From positions 1-41,990 of the IMG/VR virus record IMGVR_UViG_3300033144_005310: DNA of 41,990 bases, one strand, 5' to 3'. Below the pieces are notes generated by a model that ran no database searches, was not told where the DNA came from, and saw only the letters and a program-made list of their open reading frames with translations. This document shows, piece by piece, positions 16,987 through 23,652 of the stretch (positions within the stretch are counted from its first letter, which is position 1; every line of letters starts with the position of its first letter). The stretch comes from a virus. The position numbers were made by a program, and so were the translations under genes.

Positions 16987-17147
16987 TTTTTTACCTCCTC
17001 TGCTTCATCACAGATTATTGTATCTATTTTTTCTCCTGTTAATACTCCTCCAAAATCCCTTCTTTCAACCTTTAACTCAACAAATCTTTTTAACCATCTT
17101 AACCAAACAGGCAAGACGATTGTTACAATAGTAAATTTATGTTTCAT
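16983..17147 (-). CDS. Micro-ORF (54 aa)
   Basis: ATGA overlaps at both ends. MKHKFTIVTIVLPVWLRWLKRF... Confidence 0.45.
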   Translation of the reverse strand: MKHKFTIVTIVLPVWLRWLKRFVELKVERRDFGGVLTGEKIDTIICDEAEEVKK

Positions 17148-17251
17148 AATAATGCCTCATAATCTTTTGGTTCAAGTACAAGATGGTGTTCTATATCCCA
17201 ACCTAATACTAATTTATTCATTCCCTTTGGTAAAACTCTTAATTTTTTCAT
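17144..17251 (-). CDS. Micro-ORF (35 aa)
   Basis: SD CAGGAGGAAC. MKKLRVLPKGMNKLVLGWDIEHH... Confidence 0.45.
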   Translation of the reverse strand: MKKLRVLPKGMNKLVLGWDIEHHLVLEPKDYEALL

Positions 17252-17252
17252 T

Positions 17253-17528
17253 TTAGTTCCTCCTGTCTTCCTCAAATGTTATTTTATACGACCCATATCC
17301 AATCGTTGCACCAAAGTTAACAAAAATCAACATAAATATCCAATTCCAAACATTCCAATTTGAGTTGGTTATCATTGCTTCTCCCACAAAAAAAATAATT
17401 ATTGCCATAATAACTACTGCCATTAACCAAATAAAAAACATAACTTTTTTATTCCAACCATTTATAATCCCCATAATTAGTCCTATTACAAATGACCTAA
17501 TAGATGTTAAAAGTAAAGATTCTATCAT
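17253..17528 (-). CDS. Small multi-pass membrane protein
   Basis: Track ORF trimmed to ATG 17528 (SD AAGGAG). Three hydrophobic segments. Confidence 0.6.
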   Translation of the reverse strand: MIESLLLTSIRSFVIGLIMGIINGWNKKVMFFIWLMAVVIMAIIIFFVGEAMITNSNWNVWNWIFMLIFVNFGATIGYGSYKITFEEDRRN

Positions 17529-17529
17529 T

Positions 17530-18093
17530 TTAAAATCTCCTTCTTGCTTTATTAGCAAATGTATCTGTTTTTATATGACATTCTAAACATAATGTTCTTC
17601 CATTATTTATATTCCATAATTCTTCACACATCATTCCTTCTTCAAAACTTTTAATATTATTGTCTTTAATTATATGAGAAAATGGTTTAATATGGTCGGC
17701 ATTTAATTTTCCACCAATTTTTTCACACTTTTGACATACATAATCATCTCTTTGAAAAACATCGCATCTCCATTGTCTATATTTCAAAGACATTCTTAAT
17801 CTCATAACTAAAGGGGTTATTGCTTTGTCACCTTTCCAATTTCCATTATTCTTTCCTTTTTGATTTCTTAATTTGTTTCTTATAATTAAATCTGGTCTTT
17901 TCTTTCCTTTCATAGGATTTTTTAATCCTTCTTTATATCTTTTTTTAAGAGATTTACTATGATTTTTCTTCCATAAATCTGATTTATTTTGGGCAGGATG
18001 CTTTCCAATTTTAGCTAAATTTTTTAGAAATTTAGAGTGTTCAGGTCTTTTTCTACCTCTAATCTTTCTATGGTCATATTTTCCCTTAACCAT
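17530..18093 (-). CDS. HNH homing-type endonuclease with a basic repeat N-terminus
   Basis: CQKCEK..LNADHIKPF...NGRTLCLECHIKT. The N-terminus has K/R-rich NUMOD-like repeats. Confidence 0.85.
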   Translation of the reverse strand: MVKGKYDHRKIRGRKRPEHSKFLKNLAKIGKHPAQNKSDLWKKNHSKSLKKRYKEGLKNPMKGKKRPDLIIRNKLRNQKGKNNGNWKGDKAITPLVMRLRMSLKYRQWRCDVFQRDDYVCQKCEKIGGKLNADHIKPFSHIIKDNNIKSFEEGMMCEELWNINNGRTLCLECHIKTDTFANKARRRF

Positions 18094-18364
18094 TGGACAA
18101 ATCCTCTTCTGTTATATTAAAGAAATGTTGAATCCATATAATTGCTTGGTCTAAATGATTTAAATCTGAACAAGTTAAATCTTCGTTTTCTATTATTTTT
18201 TCAAAAATACCTTTTGGTGTTTTATTAGCATATCTATAAGATTCCATTTCTTTCATCCATTTAATTGCTTCTTGTCTTAATATATGTTTATATTGTTCTA
18301 TAAATCCTTCTGCATTTTCAGATTTATGATATATATCTTTTAAGGTTTTCAATTCATCTGTCAT
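18086..18364 (-). CDS. Hypothetical protein
   Basis: 92-aa ORF overlapping its neighbours. Confidence 0.6.
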   Translation of the reverse strand: MTDELKTLKDIYHKSENAEGFIEQYKHILRQEAIKWMKEMESYRYANKTPKGIFEKIIENEDLTCSDLNHLDQAIIWIQHFFNITEEDLSNG

Positions 18365-18590
18365 TATAATCCTCCAAAAACTTTGCTTGGTCTATTATAT
18401 TCATACACTCACTAACTGCATCATATTTAGGACACTCTTGTTCTCTGCATTCAATTAACTTCTCATATAGAAAAGATTCTCTACACTCATAGGCAGGACA
18501 TTCATTAGTCACTGGGCGGAAAACTAAAGAAAGAACAATCCCACCTATAAATGCGAGAAATATTACCCCCAAAAATGTAATATTTTTCAT
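18354..18590 (-). CDS. Small membrane-anchored Cys-containing protein
   Basis: 78 aa. N-terminal transmembrane segment FLGVIFLAFIGGIVLSLVF. Confidence 0.6.
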   Translation of the reverse strand: MKNITFLGVIFLAFIGGIVLSLVFRPVTNECPAYECRESFLYEKLIECREQECPKYDAVSECMNIIDQAKFLEDYNDR

Positions 18591-18775
18591 AATAATCTAA
18601 TTCTCCTATTTGCTTTTAATTTATTAGCATAAGTTACCATTGTTAATCCTATAATTAAAAGGATAGAGAATAACCAAATTACTCCACTAATTAAAAAAGT
18701 AATACTTCCTATAAAAAAGAATATAGAAAATATTTTAAGAACCACCGATATTAAACTTTCCATTATTTCATTCAT
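18587..18775 (-). CDS. Small two-helix membrane protein
   Basis: 62 aa with two hydrophobic segments. Confidence 0.55.
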   Translation of the reverse strand: MNEIMESLISVVLKIFSIFFFIGSITFLISGVIWLFSILLIIGLTMVTYANKLKANRRIRLL

Positions 18776-18986
18776 CTTTATCCCTCCTTCTTAATGAGCA
18801 ATCTATCCAATTATTTTTTTTAAGATACTCACACTCTTTTCTATATTTACAAATCCCGCAACCTGGTGGATATTTTCTTTTATATTTTTTTTCTGGTTTT
18901 TGATATAAATGAACTAAACAATATCCCTTAAGTACTGCATCTTTTTTGCATCTCTTTCCATCATGTTGTATACCTTTGCATCTCAT
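18768..18986 (-). CDS. Small basic Cys-rich protein
   Basis: 72 aa. C..........C.........C..H followed by CGIC..C. Confidence 0.55.
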   Translation of the reverse strand: MRCKGIQHDGKRCKKDAVLKGYCLVHLYQKPEKKYKRKYPPGCGICKYRKECEYLKKNNWIDCSLRRRDKDE

Positions 18987-19184
18987 TTATTTTTCTTCTT
19001 TTTGACAGTTAAAACAGAGTATTTTTTTAAAGTTTTTAATACTATATTCTTTAATCTTATCTGATACTTTTACTCCACATTTATAACAAACAGGTTCTAA
19101 CTTCTCTTGTGTTCCTTTGTTTAAATCAATATTAGGTATATATTCTTCTGCTGTTTTATCTTTTTTATCACATCTCTTAAACAT
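18987..19184 (-). CDS. Segment 3 (Zn-ribbon C-terminus) of the doubly frameshifted gene
   Basis: Its own ATG has no SD and lies inside the RAKARCLRD motif of segment 2. The frame is -1 relative to segment 2, entered at A_AAA_AAG. Confidence 0.55.
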   Translation of the reverse strand: MFKRCDKKDKTAEEYIPNIDLNKGTQEKLEPVCYKCGVKVSDKIKEYSIKNFKKILCFNCQKEEK

Positions 19185-19357
19185 CTTGCTTTTGCTCTCG
19201 TATGTGCCATTTCAACAAAATGTGCTTTTACCATTGCACCACAATTAGATTGTGTTCCACTTCCTACACCCATAAATTCTTTATCCCCAACTTTACAAGA
19301 AACAACACACCAAGCAGATTGATTACCCCAATCAACTTCTAAATTAACTACTCTCAT
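19121..19357 (-). CDS. Segment 2 of the doubly frameshifted gene (conserved AHTRAKARCLRD motif)
   Basis: No SD. Frame is -1 relative to segment 1. The tail after the slippery site is low complexity (IKQQKNIYLILI). Confidence 0.6.
   Translation of the reverse strand: MRVVNLEVDWGNQSAWCVVSCKVGDKEFMGVGSGTQSNCGAMVKAHFVEMAHTRAKARCLRDVIKKIKQQKNIYLILI
19160..19166 (-). promoter_or_regulatory. Slippery heptamer A_AAA_AAG (candidate -1 frameshift site 2)
   Basis: Incoming frame reads GTG ATA AAA AAG. A -1 shift reads GAT AAA ACA GCA, which is segment 3. Confidence 0.5.
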
Positions 19358-19362
19358 TTCTG

Positions 19363-19449
19363 TTATTTTTTTTCATGTGCTAAATCAAGTAACCCATTAT
19401 ATGTTACAAAATCTTTTCCCTTAATATTTACAATATATTTTTTATCCAT
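19363..19449 (-). CDS. Segment 1 (28 aa) of the doubly frameshifted gene
   Basis: SD GGGGG. MDKKYIVNIKGKDFVTYNGLLDLAHEKK, then TAA directly after an A8 run. Confidence 0.55.
   Translation of the reverse strand: MDKKYIVNIKGKDFVTYNGLLDLAHEKK
19366..19372 (-). promoter_or_regulatory. Slippery heptamer A_AAA_AAA followed by TAA (candidate -1 frameshift site 1)
   Basis: GAA AAA AAA TAA. A -1 shift reads ATA ACA GAA ATG AGA, running into segment 2. Confidence 0.5.
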
Positions 19450-19450
19450 T

Positions 19451-19537
19451 TTAAAACCCCCATTCTTTTAATATTAATATTGAATAAATTAATAAAATTA
19501 AAATATAAATAAATAATATATGATAATCATTATCCAT
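19451..19537 (-). CDS. Possible hydrophobic micro-ORF (28 aa)
   Basis: TAAATG junction with the upstream gene. Very AT-rich, so it may be non-coding. Confidence 0.2.
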   Translation of the reverse strand: MDNDYHILFIYILILLIYSILILKEWGF

Positions 19538-19918
19538 TTAAGCTACCTCACTTATTAATTTAACAATAGTTTCAGCACTTCTAAACTTTCTTTTCAAAAA
19601 ACTGATAAGAAGTTTCTCTGTTTCTATTTCTTGCTTTCTGTTTTTAATTCTTTCAATCAATTCAATACTATCTTTATTAGTTAAAAGAAGTCTATCTGTT
19701 TCTGCTTTTCTTTTAGTTTCATTACTAAAAATCTTCTTACCTGCTTCATCTGTTTTCATTTCAACATCAAAGTAAGTATTACTTTCTATTAACCTTTTTT
19801 TAAGAATTAACTCCTCTAACTCATTAGATGCTTTCAAAAGTTCAATCTCTTTATCAAATATCTTCTGTGGCATCTGCTCTAATCCTTGCTTTATGTTTTC
19901 CTTTTCTGATTCATTCAC
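19538..19918 (-). CDS. Hypothetical coiled-coil protein (GTG start)
   Basis: 126 aa. SD GGAGGTGG lies 7 nt before the GTG. Confidence 0.6.
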   Translation of the reverse strand: MNESEKENIKQGLEQMPQKIFDKEIELLKASNELEELILKKRLIESNTYFDVEMKTDEAGKKIFSNETKRKAETDRLLLTNKDSIELIERIKNRKQEIETEKLLISFLKRKFRSAETIVKLISEVA

Positions 19919-19936
19919 TTAAACCACCTCCATGAT

Positions 19937-20050
19937 TTATTTATTTTTATCCAGTAACCTCTTTATAATATCTTCAAATGTTTCTCCTTTATTTCCTATA
20001 TCTTCTAATTCTTTATGAACTTCATCTGATATTCTTATTGTTTTTACCAT
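19937..20050 (-). CDS. RHH/CopG-like small protein resembling archaeal VapB-type antitoxins
   Basis: 37 aa: MVKTIRISDEVHKELEDIGNKGETFEDIIKRLL. No SD. AT-rich TATA-like repeats lie upstream. Confidence 0.5.
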   Translation of the reverse strand: MVKTIRISDEVHKELEDIGNKGETFEDIIKRLLDKNK

Positions 20051-20063
20051 TGTATAACTTTTA

Positions 20064-20084
20064 TATATAATATATAATATATAA
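20064..20084 (-). repeat. TATATAA x3 tandem heptamers (TATA-box-like array)
   Basis: Plus strand tatataa tatataa tatataa, 14-34 nt upstream of ATG 20050. A TTTATATA box lies just beyond. Confidence 0.7.
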
Positions 20085-20108
20085 TAACTATATAAACCTT
20101 TCTATTTT

Positions 20109-20127
20109 GAAAAAGAAAAAGAAAAAG
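20109..20127 (-). terminator. Oligo-T terminator candidate (CTTTTT)x3
   Basis: Three T5 tracts immediately after stop 20128 on the coding strand. No hairpin. Confidence 0.5.
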
Positions 20128-20280
20128 TTATTTTATTAATGAATCCAAATTAACTTCATTATCAATATCATTTAATACATTCTGCCTTCCAATTTCTATT
20201 AAAGGAACATCACTATGATATGTATTTAATATTTTATGAATTAACTTCAACTTTTTAAAAAGTTCTTTTTTTGTTATCAT
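20128..20280 (-). CDS. Micro-ORF (50 aa)
   Basis: ATGA overlap with the upstream gene. MITKKELFKKLKLIHKILNTYH... Confidence 0.45.
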   Translation of the reverse strand: MITKKELFKKLKLIHKILNTYHSDVPLIEIGRQNVLNDIDNEVNLDSLIK

Positions 20281-20609
20281 TTTAAACTTTCAATTAAAGT
20301 TTTAATTTTATTCATCTTTTTAATTACCATTCCAAGCAAATCTTCCAACACATCTGCAGTTAATGGTATCTCAAAAGAAATATAACCCAAGTCAGAATCT
20401 ATAGATACAAGGATGTGTTCATCTGTTATCTCATCTATCACTATATTTTCATTTATTTCTTCGTACATTAAATTATCTTTTCCATCATCGCCTGATTCAG
20501 AAATAGATTTCTCTTTTGCTTTTTTTTTAGTTCTTTCTAAAAATTTTTCATTTAAATTTACATACATTCTTTCATCTCCATCAGCAAGTTTCCCTTCAGA
20601 TTTCTCCAA
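20277..20609 (-). CDS. Acidic hypothetical protein
   Basis: 110 aa from TTG 20609. An alternative ATG at 20567 follows GGAG. Contains an in-frame A9 run. Confidence 0.6.
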   Translation of the reverse strand: MEKSEGKLADGDERMYVNLNEKFLERTKKKAKEKSISESGDDGKDNLMYEEINENIVIDEITDEHILVSIDSDLGYISFEIPLTADVLEDLLGMVIKKMNKIKTLIESLK

Positions 20610-20644
20610 ATTAAGCTGATAAATATATATTATTTAGATATTAT

Positions 20645-20770
20645 TTAAACCTTTGTATTTTTTTCTTCTACTTCAAACATTGCCTTACAAGTTTTACAAA
20701 CATAAATCTTTCTTTTTTCTGATATTCTTATTGCTATCCCACTACACCAAACACAATTTATTGTTTCCAT
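20645..20770 (-). CDS. Zn-ribbon micro-ORF (41 aa)
   Basis: SD GGAGGTGA. CVWC ... CKTC. Confidence 0.5.
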   Translation of the reverse strand: METINCVWCSGIAIRISEKRKIYVCKTCKAMFEVEEKNTKV

Positions 20771-21039
20771 TATTTCACCTCCTTTAAATTATCTGCTTGG
20801 TCTTTCATATACTGAAACTCTTGAAATTTTAAATAATAGTATTTACTCATTTCTCTAAAATATTCAGTATCTTTTAGAATAATCTGTTTGCAGAGCATAT
20901 TCACTATATTACTTGCAGTAGTTCCTTCTATTCTTGCTTTATCTTCTATCTTTTTTAGAACTATTTTATCAAAGTTTATAGTTTTAGCTGCTTTTCCAAA
21001 ACTTGGTTTTTGCTTATCTATTTTTCTCAATTTAATCAC
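20770..21039 (-). CDS. Putative RHH-type DNA-binding protein
   Basis: KTINFDKIVLKKIEDKARIEGTTASNIVNMLCKQII fits a strand-helix-helix pattern. The start is GTG 21039 or, more likely, TTG 21030 behind GAGGTGA. Confidence 0.55.
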   Translation of the reverse strand: MIKLRKIDKQKPSFGKAAKTINFDKIVLKKIEDKARIEGTTASNIVNMLCKQIILKDTEYFREMSKYYYLKFQEFQYMKDQADNLKEVK

Positions 21040-21049
21040 CTCTGATTAA
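21032..21049 (-). promoter_or_regulatory. Inverted repeat TTAATCA-CCTC-TGATTAA spanning the SD of the RHH gene
   Basis: Perfect 7-bp arms. The same half-site recurs at 21187-21223. Confidence 0.55.
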
Positions 21050-21186
21050 TAAGGGTTAATAGTTTCTAACATTTTCTTAATACAAACCATTTTTATTTTT
21101 TATCGTCTGTAAAAAGTTAAAAAAATATTTTTTAATCTTTTTTTATCATTTTTCTAATTATTAAAAACCATACCTTTATAAAGAAA

Positions 21187-21223
21187 AAGTGATTACTTCT
21201 CATTGCTAAATGATTAATCACTT
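21187..21223 (-). promoter_or_regulatory. Operator-like inverted repeat AAGTGATTA-N19-TAATCACTT, containing the palindrome TGATTAATCA
   Basis: Perfect 9-bp arms. 10-bp perfect palindrome at 21211-21220. A palindromic TATA-like CTTTATAAAG lies at 21174-21183. Confidence 0.55.
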
Positions 21224-21295
21224 ATTTCTTTTTTTCTTTTGTATTATATTTATATTAAATTAAATATATATTAACTTTGAAAGCATAAGACATAT

Positions 21296-21433
21296 TTAAA
21301 TCTTTTTATTTCCAAAATATTTTTCAATAGCCATACTTACTATTGCAGATTTGCTTCTATATTCATTTTTAGATTTTAAATTTAATAATTTATTTAAATC
21401 TTTATCTATTGATATACATATTACTTTTTTCAT
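21296..21433 (-). CDS. Ribbon-helix-helix (CopG/Arc-like) protein, 45 aa
   Basis: SD GGGAGG. MKKVICISIDKDLNKLLNLKSKNEYRSKSAIVSMAIEKYF. Confidence 0.6.
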   Translation of the reverse strand: MKKVICISIDKDLNKLLNLKSKNEYRSKSAIVSMAIEKYFGNKKI

Positions 21434-21582
21434 TTCTTATACCTCCCTTGATTATTTAATCTCATAATCAATCTATATGTTTTTAGTTCTTTTATTATTC
21501 TTTTATTTTTCAGTTCTAAATCTTTTATCATGTTTATTAAGTCTACTTTTTTTATTTTTCTCAATTCGCTTACTTGTGTCAT
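21430..21582 (-). CDS. Micro-ORF (50 aa, basic coiled coil)
   Basis: SD GAGGTGA. ATGA overlap with the RHH gene. Confidence 0.5.
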   Translation of the reverse strand: MTQVSELRKIKKVDLINMIKDLELKNKRIIKELKTYRLIMRLNNQGRYKK

Positions 21583-21589
21583 TTTCACC

Positions 21590-22453
21590 TCATCTGAACT
21601 TTGGTCTTGTTCTTACCAAAAGATTCTTTTTTCCAATATATCTCTGTTTTGATTTCTCTTTATAGTCTATCTTGCTACATACTTTACTCCATAAATCACA
21701 AAATTCATCCCTTCCTTTGCACCATTTACAAGGAAGTGTCTTATCTAAATAATAAAGTCCTGCACCCATATATTTTCTTTTACTTCTTGCTTTGCTCATA
21801 AATCCCATACATAGATTTTTAACATCATCAGAAAGCTGGTTGTTTTTTACCATATTGATATATTTTATTTTGCCAGTTTTCCAATTATGAATATATCCAT
21901 CAATATTAAGAATCCTATCTCTAAAAGGGAATAGCTTAAAAGGGATATTTTTAGTTTTATTCTTTGTCTTTAATTTCTTTTTATAATAAACAAGGCAGTT
22001 TACATCATTTAAAATCATTGCATAACAACCTAATTGCATAATATAATGTGCTATATCCCACCCCGCTTTATAATCTGTTATTTTTATATTTACTGTTTTA
22101 TTTTTTAAATCCATTTGAATATCCATTCTATCAATATATCCTCTATAACCATTGAGTGGAGAACAAATACCAACTTCAGAAAGAGTTATTTCTTTTCCTT
22201 TAAGTAAATCTTTTCTAAATTTAATATGACCATAATCTTTCATCTCTTTCATTCCAACTTGAAGTTTTCTATGTGCTTCAATACCTGCAGTCATATATTT
22301 ATTTCTTCCTTGTCTTACTCCTAAAATACTTAATATAAACTTTCTTTTCTCTGATAAAACTCTACTTGGACTTAAACATATATTTCTAACAGAACAATTA
22401 ACACACCCTTCTCCGAAAAAACTTCTTGTCTCGGATTTTATTATTTGATTCAT
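21590..22453 (-). CDS. Cas4/RecB-like PD-(D/E)XK nuclease with Cys clusters
   Basis: GYIDRMD ... ITDYK ... MQLGCYAMIL motifs (D, DxK, QxxxY). Cys clusters at the N-terminus (CVNC..C) and C-terminus (CKWC..C..C). Confidence 0.75.
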   Translation of the reverse strand: MNQIIKSETRSFFGEGCVNCSVRNICLSPSRVLSEKRKFILSILGVRQGRNKYMTAGIEAHRKLQVGMKEMKDYGHIKFRKDLLKGKEITLSEVGICSPLNGYRGYIDRMDIQMDLKNKTVNIKITDYKAGWDIAHYIMQLGCYAMILNDVNCLVYYKKKLKTKNKTKNIPFKLFPFRDRILNIDGYIHNWKTGKIKYINMVKNNQLSDDVKNLCMGFMSKARSKRKYMGAGLYYLDKTLPCKWCKGRDEFCDLWSKVCSKIDYKEKSKQRYIGKKNLLVRTRPKFR

Positions 22454-22590
22454 TCTACCTCTGCATATTTTCTTTTATCTTCTACTGATAAAGTTAAATA
22501 CAATTTTCTTGAAATTGTCCATTTATAATTTCCAGAGCAATTTTTTAATACTCCATATTCTGACCTCAAATCTCTTCTTGCATATCTCAT
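22450..22590 (-). CDS. Micro-ORF (46 aa)
   Basis: ATGA overlaps at both ends. MRYARRDLRSEYGVLKNCSGNYKW... Confidence 0.45.
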   Translation of the reverse strand: MRYARRDLRSEYGVLKNCSGNYKWTISRKLYLTLSVEDKRKYAEVE

Positions 22591-23006
22591 TGTTCTAAAA
22601 GCATAATGCCACCTCTACCAAAAAAAGCTATCTTTCCTATCGCCTCTAAAATTTTTACTGGAAAATAATAATAAGGAAAATAGTAAAGACTACGATTCCT
22701 CCCTCCATTAAATGCTTCCATAAAAATATCTATTGGACACTTTTCTTCTTCATGGAATTTATAATGCTCTAAAACTTTTCTCACTAAATATTTATATTTA
22801 TATTCTACTTGTAAATCGCAGTTATCTTTTATTATTTTAAGCAAAGTTCTTACATTCTCTTTTGGAATAATATGTTCATCTGTATATGCTTCTCCTGTTT
22901 CTTTTGATTTTCTTGTTTCTCTCAATATATAATTATCTTTTCTTTCTCCTATGTATAAATCTCCACGACCTTTCCAACCAGTTATTTCAATTATTTCATC
23001 TGCCAT
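22587..23006 (-). CDS. Hypothetical protein
   Basis: 139-aa ORF. No motif recognised. Confidence 0.65.
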   Translation of the reverse strand: MADEIIEITGWKGRGDLYIGERKDNYILRETRKSKETGEAYTDEHIIPKENVRTLLKIIKDNCDLQVEYKYKYLVRKVLEHYKFHEEEKCPIDIFMEAFNGGRNRSLYYFPYYYFPVKILEAIGKIAFFGRGGIMLLEQ

Positions 23007-23124
23007 TTTCCACCCATATTTTTAATTCATATTGATATTCTCTCATTTCTTCTTCTGTCAAAGCACTTCTTTCATATTTTTCATCTAACTCTTTTAATCT
23101 TCCTTTCATTTTACCGAATTTCAT
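22996..23124 (-). CDS. Micro-ORF (42 aa)
   Basis: SD GGAGGAGGA. MKFGKMKGRLKELDEKYERSALTEEE... Confidence 0.45.
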   Translation of the reverse strand: MKFGKMKGRLKELDEKYERSALTEEEMREYQYELKIWVENGR

Positions 23125-23125
23125 T

Positions 23126-23338
23126 TTATCCTCCTCCATAACATACAAAAGCTTCTGGTTTTGATATAATCTTATATTTAGTTGGTGGAAATGAGTTCAT
23201 ACAATGATTACATTTTTTTTCTATTAGTTTAAGGGCTTCTTCCAAATTATTTGCTAAAACACATATCATTCCATCAGTATAATCTGTTAATACTCCTTCT
23301 CCTTCCCATACAAATAACTTCAATTTATTTTCACTCAT
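23126..23338 (-). CDS. Conserved small phage protein (KLFVWEG..VLTDYTDGM type)
   Basis: 70 aa. The N-terminal motif recalls a widespread family of uncharacterised phage proteins. Confidence 0.6.
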   Translation of the reverse strand: MSENKLKLFVWEGEGVLTDYTDGMICVLANNLEEALKLIEKKCNHCMNSFPPTKYKIISKPEAFVCYGGG

Positions 23339-23457
23339 TCTTCCACCTCGGTAGTTGGATAATTAAATAATAAACAAATTTCATCAATTATACAATCGCC
23401 AAATTCTTCACATTCATACTTCATAAGTATTTTCCTTAATTCATTATATTTATTCAT
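23335..23457 (-). CDS. Micro-ORF (40 aa)
   Basis: ATGA overlaps at both ends. Confidence 0.4.
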   Translation of the reverse strand: MNKYNELRKILMKYECEEFGDCIIDEICLLFNYPTTEVEE

Positions 23458-23585
23458 TCTTGTATCTCATTAGCATCTCTTTCACCATCTTCTGATTCTT
23501 GTGCTAACTCTCTTTTCTTTTCATCTCGCATTTCTATTTCATATTCTAACTCTAACTCCTCTATTTTATCTTTAGATAAAGTCAT
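23454..23585 (-). CDS. Micro-ORF (43 aa, acidic)
   Basis: SD GGGGTGA. MTLSKDKIEELELEYEIEMRDEKK... Confidence 0.4.
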   Translation of the reverse strand: MTLSKDKIEELELEYEIEMRDEKKRELAQESEDGERDANEIQE

Positions 23586-23652
23586 TTCATTCACCCCATT
23601 CCATTTTAGTTATTAAGTTTCCTTTTTCATCACATTCATAGTATATCATTTT

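Noticed and set aside
19937-20050. A complete toxin-antitoxin module around the VapB-like RHH gene.
   Set aside because: No PIN, RelE or MazF-like partner is adjacent; the neighbouring genes encode coiled-coil and micro-ORF proteins. It is reported only as an orphan antitoxin-like gene.
23587-23649. 20-aa ORF (MIYYECDEKGNLITKMEWGE) behind a GGAGG.
   Set aside because: It is too short to support from sequence alone, although it could be real given the coupling pattern.
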